Below are positions 27,025-36,288 of a DNA stretch of 64,000 bases, in pieces. The stretch is taken from NCBI GenBank assembly GCA_027065695.1, contig JAMONP010000032.1:20084-84083 (forward strand), in the 5' to 3' direction. The notes below the pieces were generated by a model. That model made no database searches. It was not told where the DNA came from and worked only from the letters and a program-made list of their open reading frames with translations. The translations under genes and the position numbers were made by a program. The DNA comes from Desulfuromonadales bacterium. Its GTDB lineage: Bacteria; Desulfobacterota; Desulfuromonadia; Desulfuromonadales; BM103. Each line of letters begins with the position of its first letter. The stretch's first letter is position 1.

Positions 27025-28416
27025 ATGCTTTCTGAACAAATCATAAGTGAACTACAAACCATAGTCGGCCCAAATAATGTTTCAACCGTAAAAGCCGACC
27101 GCATCTGCTACTCCTACGATGCCACCCAGCAGAGTTTTCTCCCTGAAGCGGTCGTGCATCCCAAATCAGCAGAGGAGATCAGCCGCATTATGAAGCTGGC
27201 CAATCGTGAGCGAATTCCGGTCTTCCCTCGCGGTGCAGGCAGTGGTTTTACCGGCGGTTCTCTGCCTACCAAAGGCGGCATTGTTCTCTGTACTGAACAG
27301 ATGGACCGGATTCTTGAAATTGACGAAGACAACCTGGTCGCCACAGTGGAGCCAGGCGTGATCACTGAGCAGTTCCAGAAAGCGGTGGAAAAGGTCGGGC
27401 TCTTCTATCCCCCTGATCCGGCCTCGCTGAAATTTTCGACTCTGGGCGGCAATGTTGCTGAATGCGCCGGTGGCCCGCGTTGCGTCAAGTACGGGGTCAC
27501 CAAAGACTTCATTATCGGCCTCGAAGTGGTCACTCCGATCGGAGACATTATCACCACCGGCGGGCCGACCATGAAAGGCGTGGTCGGCTATGACTTGACC
27601 AAACTGCTCTGCGGTTCTGAAGGAACCCTCGGCATAATTACCCGCATTGTCATCAAGCTGCTGCCACTACCGGAAGCGAAGAAAACCATGCTGGTACTGT
27701 TCGACTCAATCGACGGTGCTGCTCAGGCGGTTTCTGCAATCATCGGCGACAAGATTATCCCGACCACCCTCGAGTTCATGGACGGTCGCACCCTCGACTG
27801 TGTCCGTCAGGCCACCGATCTCGACGTTCCGGATCAGGCCCGGGCGGTCCTGATTATCGAAGTTGATGGCGATCGCGAGTTTCTTGATAAACAGGCCAAC
27901 CGCATCAGTGAAATCATCCAACCTCTAGGCGTGGTTGAGACCCGCATTGCCACCACACCGGAAGAAAGTGAAGCCATCTGGCAGATCCGTCGTTCCGTAT
28001 CCGCCTCGCTGCGCAAGGTCAATCCGGACAAGTTCAATGAAGATATCTGCGTGCCACGTAGTAAGGTTCCGGAAATGATTCGTAAAGTGGATGCAATTGC
28101 CGACAAGTACCAAATACCGATTGTCAACTTCGGTCATGCCGGAGACGGCAACATTCATGTCAACATCATGATCAATAAGAAGATTGCCGGAGATCTCCTT
28201 AAAGCCGAAGGAGCTATCAAAGATGTATTCAAGGCGGCCCTTGAACTCGGTGGCACCATGAGCGGTGAACACGGTGTCGGTATCGCCAAGGCTCCCTATA
28301 TCCCCCTGGAGATAACCCCGGTCACAGCCGATTATATGAAGGCGATCAAGCGATCACTAGATCCTAATAATATCCTCAATCCAGGGAAAATTTTTTTAGA
28401 CTCGCCTAAGCATTAA
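27025..28416 (+). CDS. FAD-binding oxidase, GlcD / D-lactate dehydrogenase type
   Basis: 463 aa. Contains an FAD_binding_4-type N-terminal domain (PRGAGSGFTGGS) and the C-terminal motif GTMSGEHGVGIAK. Confidence 0.9.
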   Translation: MLSEQIISELQTIVGPNNVSTVKADRICYSYDATQQSFLPEAVVHPKSAEEISRIMKLANRERIPVFPRGAGSGFTGGSLPTKGGIVLCTEQMDRILEIDEDNLVATVEPGVITEQFQKAVEKVGLFYPPDPASLKFSTLGGNVAECAGGPRCVKYGVTKDFIIGLEVVTPIGDIITTGGPTMKGVVGYDLTKLLCGSEGTLGIITRIVIKLLPLPEAKKTMLVLFDSIDGAAQAVSAIIGDKIIPTTLEFMDGRTLDCVRQATDLDVPDQARAVLIIEVDGDREFLDKQANRISEIIQPLGVVETRIATTPEESEAIWQIRRSVSASLRKVNPDKFNEDICVPRSKVPEMIRKVDAIADKYQIPIVNFGHAGDGNIHVNIMINKKIAGDLLKAEGAIKDVFKAALELGGTMSGEHGVGIAKAPYIPLEITPVTADYMKAIKRSLDPNNILNPGKIFLDSPKH

Positions 28417-28510
28417 CCACGAAGTACACGAAGATTACGAAAAACGGATATCGTTCTTCAATTTATTACCTTATTAATTTGATCTTCGTGTACTTCGTGC
28501 GCTTCGTGGT
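28417..28510. repeat. Inverted repeat built from CACGAAG heptamers, between the FAD and Fe-S subunit genes
   Basis: The left arm is ACCACGAAGTACACGAAGAT and the right arm is ATCTTCGTGTACTTCGTGCGCTTCGTGGT. An A+T-rich spacer of about 45 nt separates them. Confidence 0.75.
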
Positions 28511-28530
28511 AAGAAAGACAAGATAAGACC

Positions 28531-29796
28531 ATGGCCAAACTAAAAAACCTCGAAGATTATCGTGAAGAGATGGAACAGTGCGTCAAGTGCGGTGCCTGCC
28601 GTGCCCACTGCCCGGTGTTCGGTGCCGAAAAGCGTGAGGGCAGAGTTGCCCGCGGCAAGATTGCTCTGGCCCACTCGGTGCTGGAAGGTGAAATTGACCT
28701 GGAGGCCAAGGTCCTCGAGGACCTGAGCCAGTGTCTGCTCTGCGGCAGTTGCTGCACGGGGTGTCCCAACGACGTCCACACTGAGGACATCGTTGCTGCG
28801 GCCAGACGCCGCATTGCCGAACAGAAAGGGCTCTCCACCTTTGGCAAGGGCGTAGCTGCCGTTCTCAGCCGACCGAAATTGATGAATATGCTGGCCAAAT
28901 CGGGCGGCACCCTGTCATCTCTGCTCTTTAAGAAGCTTCCGGAGAACAGTGGTCTGCGCCTGCGTTTCCCGGCCCCTTACCTCGAATCGGATCGCACTCT
29001 GCCACCCCTTACCGCCAAACCCTTCAGAGAAAGAGTGCCGGAGATCATCCCCGGTGACCCGCAACAACCAAGCATAATCTTTTTTACCGGCTGCGGCATC
29101 AACTACATGTATCCGGCTGTCGGTGAGGCTTTTCTCAAAGCACTGAAATTTCTTGGTGTGACAGTCATTATTCCCAAGGATCAAGCCTGTTGCGGTTTGC
29201 CCGCAGTCAGCGCCGGAGCCACGCAAACAGTTGAGAAACTGGCCGAGCAGAATCTCGCGGCACTCAGCCGTCACCAAGCAGATCATATCGTCACGGCTTG
29301 TGCCTCTTGTAATGCTGGCCTCAGCAGCATCTATGCAGAGATGGGCAATGAGTTTGATGAACTGACAGCAAAGACCATGGACATCTTCGTCTTTCTGGCC
29401 AATCATGGCCTCGTGGAAAAGCTGGAGGCTCTGCCGAAGGCCGAAAAGCGTATCAAGGTGACCTACCACGACCCCTGCCATTTGCGCAGCAAGGGCATCA
29501 CCAGGGAACCGCGTCAAATTCTCAAAGCACTGCCACAGGTAGAATTTGTTGAGATGTTGGATGCCGGAACCTGCTGCGGTTTTGGTGGCACCTATTCAGT
29601 TTATCACCCGGAGAACAGCAAAAGGATTGGCGCCAAAAAAGCTGCCAACATTACTGATAGTGGCGCCGAACTGGTCGCAACCGACTGCCCAGGCTGCATC
29701 ATGCAACTACAGGACAACATCAATCACGCTGAGGGAGGTCAACGCTCGGTGCATATTCTCGAACTCCTGGCTGACGCCCTGCATGATTATCCGTGA
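28531..29796 (+). CDS. (Fe-S)-binding oxidoreductase subunit, GlcF/LldE-like with two CCG domains
   Basis: Two ferredoxin-type clusters (CVKCGACRAHCP, CLLCGSCCTGCP). Two CCG-type Cys motifs (ACCGLP and GTCCGFGG). Confidence 0.88.
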   Translation: MAKLKNLEDYREEMEQCVKCGACRAHCPVFGAEKREGRVARGKIALAHSVLEGEIDLEAKVLEDLSQCLLCGSCCTGCPNDVHTEDIVAAARRRIAEQKGLSTFGKGVAAVLSRPKLMNMLAKSGGTLSSLLFKKLPENSGLRLRFPAPYLESDRTLPPLTAKPFRERVPEIIPGDPQQPSIIFFTGCGINYMYPAVGEAFLKALKFLGVTVIIPKDQACCGLPAVSAGATQTVEKLAEQNLAALSRHQADHIVTACASCNAGLSSIYAEMGNEFDELTAKTMDIFVFLANHGLVEKLEALPKAEKRIKVTYHDPCHLRSKGITREPRQILKALPQVEFVEMLDAGTCCGFGGTYSVYHPENSKRIGAKKAANITDSGAELVATDCPGCIMQLQDNINHAEGGQRSVHILELLADALHDYP

Positions 29797-29896
29797 CAAG
29801 GTGATAATTGCAATTGTCTGTTTGCAGTCTCCAGGCAACCTGTTAAAATAGCTCTAATTACATAATGTTCCCAAGTTTCTTAAGGAGGAAAGATTT

Positions 29897-30214
29897 ATGC
29901 AAAGGCTAGCCATTCTGATCGTGACCGTCCTGTTTGTCAGCTCCAGTGTTGTCCTGGCTGTTCCGGCAAAGAAGACCCTTACATTCGACAAAAGCCCTAT
30001 GGGTGTCGTAACCTTCTCCGGCACTGTGCATAAGGATGCCGGTGTCAAATGCAAGGAATGCCACAACAAAGATATGTTTCCAAAAATGAAGCAGGGAACG
30101 GTTAAAATCAGTATGGATGCTATCTATGCCAGCAAGCTATGTGGGGTCTGTCACAATGGTGGAAGAGCTTTTGACGCTAAAGGCAACTGTGGCCGGTGTC
30201 ATGTAAAGAAGTAG
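29897..30214 (+). CDS. Periplasmic triheme cytochrome c7 (PpcA family-like)
   Basis: Signal peptide, then a mature protein of about 83 aa with three CXXCH sites (CKECH, CGVCH, CGRCH). The lead-in VTFSGTVHKDAGVKCKECH resembles c7 cytochromes. AAGGAGG lies upstream. Confidence 0.85.
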   Translation: MQRLAILIVTVLFVSSSVVLAVPAKKTLTFDKSPMGVVTFSGTVHKDAGVKCKECHNKDMFPKMKQGTVKISMDAIYASKLCGVCHNGGRAFDAKGNCGRCHVKK

Positions 30215-30246
30215 CCGTAGCGCGTGGTGTGAAGCAAGATAAGCAA

Positions 30247-30282
30247 AGGCCCGCTGGATTCTTCCTGCGGGCCTTATTATTT
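30247..30282 (+). terminator. Rho-independent terminator after the c7 cytochrome gene
   Basis: Stem AGGCCCGC / GCGGGCCT, followed by TATTATTT. Confidence 0.65.
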
Positions 30283-30292
30283 CAATCGACAA

Positions 30293-30339
30293 CGTAGGGT
30301 TTGCAAACAGCCCCACCGTTTGCGAACGCGGAACCCAAC
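30293..30339 (+). repeat. 47-nt hairpin repeat, copy 2 (identical to 20358..20404)
   Basis: Exact 47-nt match. Confidence 0.85.
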
Positions 30340-30463
30340 AAACCCCAACCACCACATATTGATCCATCAGCATACAATTGTGTCACACATAGACAATCGG
30401 TCAATCAGCAAAAAAATCAATGAGCCGCTGGGCTTTGCCTAAGCCGCTGGGCTTTGCCCTGGT

Positions 30464-30505
30464 CCTTATCGGCGTGCGCATGGTGGGGCTATGCGCACCC
30501 TACCG
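30464..30505 (-). repeat. Divergent inverted copy of the same hairpin family (copy 3)
   Basis: The reverse complement reads GGTAGGGTGCGCATAGCCCCACCATGCGCACGCCGATAAGG. The GTAGGGT flank, the AGCCCCACC loop and the ACGC flank are the same, but a different stem pairs. Two tandem copies of AGCCGCTGGGCTTTGCC lie next to it (30422-30458). Confidence 0.6.
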
Positions 30506-30571
30506 TGATTCTACCGTGATGCTGTTTTTCTTGGCATGGAGAATATTGAATGTCTTGTAAGCTGATTTTTA

Positions 30572-31555
30572 TCATCCTCCAATACCATGCATACGCCGAT
30601 TTGGCGTCGTAAAATCTTTACCGTTGATCTGGTGTTTCTCCGGCTTGGCGCAAGCGGCCGCCAGGAGAAGATCTTCCAAAGCCTGGTCGTCGCCACCGTC
30701 ACGCAGAATCGATTTAAGATCGGTCTCATGATTGTCAAACAGGCAACCGCGCACCCGGCCATCAGCCATCACCCGCAGACGATTGCAATCACCGCAGAAG
30801 TGCCCTGATACCGAAGGGATCAGGCCAATCCGGCCTTTGGCTCCAGGCAGGCGATACATATGGGCCGGGCCAGAGGTCCTCTGGTACGGGAGTGCTACCA
30901 ATGCCCCGAGCGTGGTGCGTAGACGTGCCTCGACAGCATCCATTGACAAACCGTCTCTGGATGCGTAGTCCAGGTCAGAACTAATCGGCATGAATTCGAT
31001 AAAACGGACATCCCATGGATGCTCCAGAGTCAGCCTGGCAAAATCAACAATCTCGTCGTCATTGAAATCCACAAAAGGAATGACGTTGAGTTTTATTGGC
31101 AGCAGCCCCACCTTTTCAGCGGCTTCAATCCCTGCCAGAACCTGTTCAAGACCAGACCGGAGGGTGATCTCCTTAAAGCGCTCCGGACGCATGGTATCCA
31201 GGCTGACATTGACACGCGACAAACCAGCGGCCTTGAGAGCCTCTGCCTGCTCCGCCAGAAGCATTCCGTTGGTGGTCAGGGTAATTTCCGGTTTTTCCGG
31301 CAAGGCAGCCAGTTGAGCGATAAAGTTGACAATACCACGTCGTACCAGTGGCTCGCCACCGGTCACACGAACCTTGCGAATCCCCAGTCGACAGGCAGCA
31401 GCAGCAACCCGCAGCATTTCCTCATAACGCAGGACATCACTATGAGAGAGACCGGTCACCCCCTCTTCAGGCATGCAGTAACGGCAGCGCAGGTTACAGC
31501 GATCGGTCACTGAGAGACGTAGATATTCAATTGTCCGTCCAAATTGATCTTGCAT
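30572..31555 (-). CDS. moaA: GTP 3',8-cyclase MoaA (radical SAM)
   Basis: ORF 30572..31618 trimmed to the ATG at 31555 (MQDQFGRTIEYLRLSVTDRCNLRCRYCMP). The C-terminal cluster is CGDCNRLR, with a GG tail. Confidence 0.92.
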   Translation of the reverse strand: MQDQFGRTIEYLRLSVTDRCNLRCRYCMPEEGVTGLSHSDVLRYEEMLRVAAAACRLGIRKVRVTGGEPLVRRGIVNFIAQLAALPEKPEITLTTNGMLLAEQAEALKAAGLSRVNVSLDTMRPERFKEITLRSGLEQVLAGIEAAEKVGLLPIKLNVIPFVDFNDDEIVDFARLTLEHPWDVRFIEFMPISSDLDYASRDGLSMDAVEARLRTTLGALVALPYQRTSGPAHMYRLPGAKGRIGLIPSVSGHFCGDCNRLRVMADGRVRGCLFDNHETDLKSILRDGGDDQALEDLLLAAACAKPEKHQINGKDFTTPNRRMHGIGG

Positions 31556-31639
31556 GAGAACCCTTTGACCAGTTGCTATTATCGCTCCATTGTAGCATCG
31601 GCCAAACTGGCAGGGCAATACAAGAGAGGTGTTATATAA

Positions 31640-32707
31640 TTAACGTTTCTCCGCCGGGAGGAATTGTTCAAAAGCCTTTTTGTCCATGGCACAACGATAT
31701 GCTTCCTCACCGTTAATGTGCTCGGCCTTTAGCAGCTCCATGATGTGTTGATCCATCATCTGCATCCCTTCACCTTTTGTCGTCTGCATAATTGACGGCA
31801 CCTGGAAGGTCTTACCTTCACGGATCAGGTTGGAGACCGCGGTGTTGCAGATCAGAATTTCCAGAGCTGCCGCACGACCTTTGCCATCGGCCTTCCGCAG
31901 CAACTGCTGGCAAATAACTCCTTTAAGACTTTCGCCGAGCATAGCGCGTACCTGCTCCTGGCCATCTTTGGGAAAGGCGTCTATGATGCGGTCGATGGTT
32001 TTCGGTGCCGAGTTGGTATGCAGAGTGCCGAACACCAGGTGCCCGGTTTCCGCAGCGGTCATTGCCAGGGAGATGGTCTCCAGGTCACGCATCTCACCAA
32101 CCAGAATGACATCAGGATCCTCACGCAGGGCGGCACGCAGAGCGTTGGTAAACGACTTCGAATGCTGACCAATCTGACGCTGATTGAGGAGCGACAATTG
32201 ATTTTCATGAATAAATTCGAGGGGATCTTCGAGAGTCAGGATGTGTTCGCGACGAGTCTTGTTGATCAGGTCGATCATCGCTGCCAGGGTGGTCGACTTG
32301 CCGCTGCCGGTTGGCCCGGTCACCAGCACCAACCCCTTCTTCAGCTTGGTCAGCTTACGGACACATTCGGGGAGACCGAGTTCATCTGCAGTTAGAATCT
32401 TGCTCGGAATAATACGAAAAACGGCGGCAATACCCCGATGGGTCTCCATCAAATTGCCACGGAAACGTGCTACCTCCGGCAAGGAATAGGCAAAGTCGAG
32501 ATCAAGGTTCTCTTCAAATTCTTCACGTTGCTCCGTTGTCAGGATCTCAAAAACCAGCCCCCGGGACTGTTGATCAGTCAAGGGGGGATAATTGAGTTTT
32601 TCCATCTCACCATGCAGACGGAAGAGAGGTGGCGCACCGGTGGAAATATGCAGGTCACTGGCACCCTGTTGCTTCATCATCTTAAAGAGTGAATCAATTT
32701 TTGCCAT
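31640..32707 (-). CDS. pilT: Type IV pilus retraction ATPase PilT
   Basis: ORF trimmed to the ATG at 32707 (MAKIDSLFKMMKQQGASDLHI). Walker A GPTGSGKST, Asp box, Walker B LVGEMRD and His box GHLVFGTLHT. Confidence 0.92.
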   Translation of the reverse strand: MAKIDSLFKMMKQQGASDLHISTGAPPLFRLHGEMEKLNYPPLTDQQSRGLVFEILTTEQREEFEENLDLDFAYSLPEVARFRGNLMETHRGIAAVFRIIPSKILTADELGLPECVRKLTKLKKGLVLVTGPTGSGKSTTLAAMIDLINKTRREHILTLEDPLEFIHENQLSLLNQRQIGQHSKSFTNALRAALREDPDVILVGEMRDLETISLAMTAAETGHLVFGTLHTNSAPKTIDRIIDAFPKDGQEQVRAMLGESLKGVICQQLLRKADGKGRAAALEILICNTAVSNLIREGKTFQVPSIMQTTKGEGMQMMDQHIMELLKAEHINGEEAYRCAMDKKAFEQFLPAEKR

Positions 32708-32896
32708 TTTTGCCTCGGGGTTATTAATCCTCTGTAAATCGCGGCTCATTCTGGCAGATGGGCCTTTTCTTTGTCAAGCTGAATGCCTGACTGAATCCCC
32801 GCTGAAACAAACTGGATTCAGACTTGATGTTCAGGGTAATATCATGGTATCAACCCCGGTTCAAGCAGCGTACTAAGCAATACGGAGAAACTATTT

Positions 32897-33871
32897 ATGA
32901 GTAAAGCCCTGGGACTCCTCTCGGGAGGACTTGACAGCAGCCTGGCCGCCCTGTGTCTGAAGCGTCAGGGAGTAGAAGTCACTGCCATTTCCTTCGTCAC
33001 GCCGTTCTTCGGCAGCAGCAAAGCAGAACGCATGGCCCGTCAAATAGAGATTCCACTGATTGTCGAAGACATCAGCAAAATTCATCTGGACATGGTTAAG
33101 GAACCACATTACGGATACGGCAAGAATATGAATCCATGCATAGACTGCCATGCCATGATGTTTCGTCTTGCCGGTGAAATCATGGCTGAGCAGGGTTTTG
33201 ACTTTCTCTTTTCCGGCGAAGTCCTCGGTCAGCGGCCGATGAGCCAGAATGCCAATGCGCTGCGTTCGGTGGCCAACTATTCCGGGCACCCGGACCGAAT
33301 CCTGAGACCAATGAGCGCCAAACTCCTGCCGATCACTCCCATGGAAGAGCAGGGGCTGGTTAACCGGGAAAAACTCCTCGACATCCAGGGCCGTTCACGC
33401 AAACCTCAGGAAGCACTCGCCAAGGAATGGTGTTTAACGGATTTCCCCTCCTCGGGCGGCGGCTGTTTGCTCACAGAGATCCATTTTTCTGACCGACTGC
33501 GTGACCTGTTCGACCATCAGCCCGATTGCGCAGTCGAAGATGTTGAACTGCTCAAAATTGGTCGCCAGTTCCGCCTTTCGGAGCAGAGCAAGTTGACCCT
33601 TGGCAGACATCAAAAGGATAACGATTCCATCCGCGAAGCCGCTGATGAAACACATATCGTCTTACGTGCTCTCGGAGTATCAGGGCCACTGGGGCTGATT
33701 TCCGGGCAACCCTCCGCAGAAGACTTGCAGGTCGCAGGAGCTATTGTTGCCTCATACGGCAAGGGCAAGGATCAGGAAGAGGTTGACATCCTGGCTGAGA
33801 CCCCGGAAGGTGAGCAAAATTTCAACGTCACTCCCTTGCCAAGGAGTGCCTCGAAAGAAATGGCGGTCTGA
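32897..33871 (+). CDS. PP-loop ATP pyrophosphatase family protein (ThiI/MnmA-like tRNA sulfurtransferase-type)
   Basis: SGGLDSS PP-loop at the N terminus, plus NPCIDCH and FSGEVLGQRPMSQ motifs. Confidence 0.75.
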   Translation: MSKALGLLSGGLDSSLAALCLKRQGVEVTAISFVTPFFGSSKAERMARQIEIPLIVEDISKIHLDMVKEPHYGYGKNMNPCIDCHAMMFRLAGEIMAEQGFDFLFSGEVLGQRPMSQNANALRSVANYSGHPDRILRPMSAKLLPITPMEEQGLVNREKLLDIQGRSRKPQEALAKEWCLTDFPSSGGGCLLTEIHFSDRLRDLFDHQPDCAVEDVELLKIGRQFRLSEQSKLTLGRHQKDNDSIREAADETHIVLRALGVSGPLGLISGQPSAEDLQVAGAIVASYGKGKDQEEVDILAETPEGEQNFNVTPLPRSASKEMAV

Positions 33872-33934
33872 AAGGGTAGAGGCCGGGGATTGGCTCTGAA
33901 AACCTGTCACTCTCAATCCTCCCCCTTATCATAA

Positions 33935-33971
33935 TAAAAAAAGCTCCCCGGTTTCCCGGAGAGCTTTTTTG
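33935..33971. terminator. Bidirectional terminator between the PP-loop gene and groEL
   Basis: AAAAAAAGCTCCCCGG, loop TTTC, CCGGAGAGCTTTTTT. Confidence 0.8.
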
Positions 33972-33995
33972 TATCTGTAGCTGTTTGGACAAGCG

Positions 33996-35663
<1,668 letters not shown>

Positions 35664-35695
35664 TTATTCTCCTTATCGGTCTTGGTGATAATGTC

Positions 35696-35983
35696 TTATT
35701 CAACAACGCCGAGGACATCATCCTCACGCATCATCAGATACTCATTGCCTTCAATTTTGATATCGGTACCGGAATACTTGCCGAACAACACCTTGTCGCC
35801 AACTTTGACGTCCAGTGGCAGAACCTTGCCGTCTTCTGTCACCTTGCCCTTACCAACAGCAATAACGGTCCCTTCCTGAGGCTTTTCCTTGGCAGAATCG
35901 GGGATGATAATACCGGAGGCTGTCATAGTCTCCTCCTCGATACGTTCTACGATGATCCGGTCATGCAACGGTCTGATGTTCAT
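35696..35983 (-). CDS. groS: Co-chaperonin GroES
   Basis: ORF trimmed to the ATG at 35983: [38 protein letters not shown]. Confidence 0.97.
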   Translation of the reverse strand: MNIRPLHDRIIVERIEEETMTASGIIIPDSAKEKPQEGTVIAVGKGKVTEDGKVLPLDVKVGDKVLFGKYSGTDIKIEGNEYLMMREDDVLGVVE

Positions 35984-36063
35984 AGTTTTGTTCTCCTTTC
36001 CTGAAAAAATATTGGCGATTAAATTTCTCTTGTAAAACTGAATTCTGTGGTGAAGCAATCCCG

Positions 36064-36090
36064 TTAGCACTCATGACAGTCGAGTGCTAA
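36064..36090. promoter_or_regulatory. CIRCE operator (HrcA binding site) of groESL
   Basis: TTAGCACTC, ATGACAGTC, GAGTGCTAA. This is a perfect match to the consensus TTAGCACTC-N9-GAGTGCTAA. Confidence 0.9.
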
Positions 36091-36101
36091 AAGTTGGCCT
36101 A

Positions 36102-36129
36102 AATATAATCAGCCTCCTGAGATTGTCAA
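36102..36129 (-). promoter_or_regulatory. sigma70-like promoter of groESL, immediately upstream of CIRCE
   Basis: On the minus strand: TTGACA, a 16-nt spacer, then TATATT. Confidence 0.5.
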
Positions 36130-36216
36130 GGGTTTTCCAGAAAAATTTACAGAATAAAACAGAATTGTTTGCCGGGGGCCCTCCAGCCATTGCCTTGTGG
36201 GCTCAATTCAGGGTTA

Positions 36217-36282
36217 GCAGCATGTTGGACAATCAGGGCTGAAGCGAATTTGCAGCCCGTCTATTGATAGTCAACAGGCTGC
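36217..36282. repeat. Short form (66 bp) of the GCAGCCTGTCGGAC-type palindromic MITE-like family
   Basis: GCAGCATGTTGGACAATCAGGGCTGAAGCGAATTTGCAGCCCGTCTATTGATAGTCAACAGGCTGC. Its arms match the outer arms of the 44841..45002 copy. Confidence 0.7.
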
Positions 36283-36288
36283 TAGCAA

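Noticed and set aside
20358-30339. Identical 47-nt direct repeats at 20358 and 30293 as the boundaries of a 10-kb genomic island.
   Set aside because: The enclosed genes (dksA, moaC, radA, lactate module) are housekeeping-type with ordinary composition. A third, inverted copy exists. The repeats therefore behave as dispersed REP-type elements, not att sites.
30422-30520. Possible CRISPR or tandem-repeat array (AGCCGCTGGGCTTTGCC x2, TACCGTGAT x2).
   Set aside because: There are only two copies of each short unit, with no spacer structure and no cas genes.
31556-31639. Molybdenum-cofactor riboswitch upstream of moaA.
   Set aside because: The leader is only about 85 nt, and I could not find the conserved Moco-motif stems or loops by eye. 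A covariance-model scan would be needed to exclude it formally.
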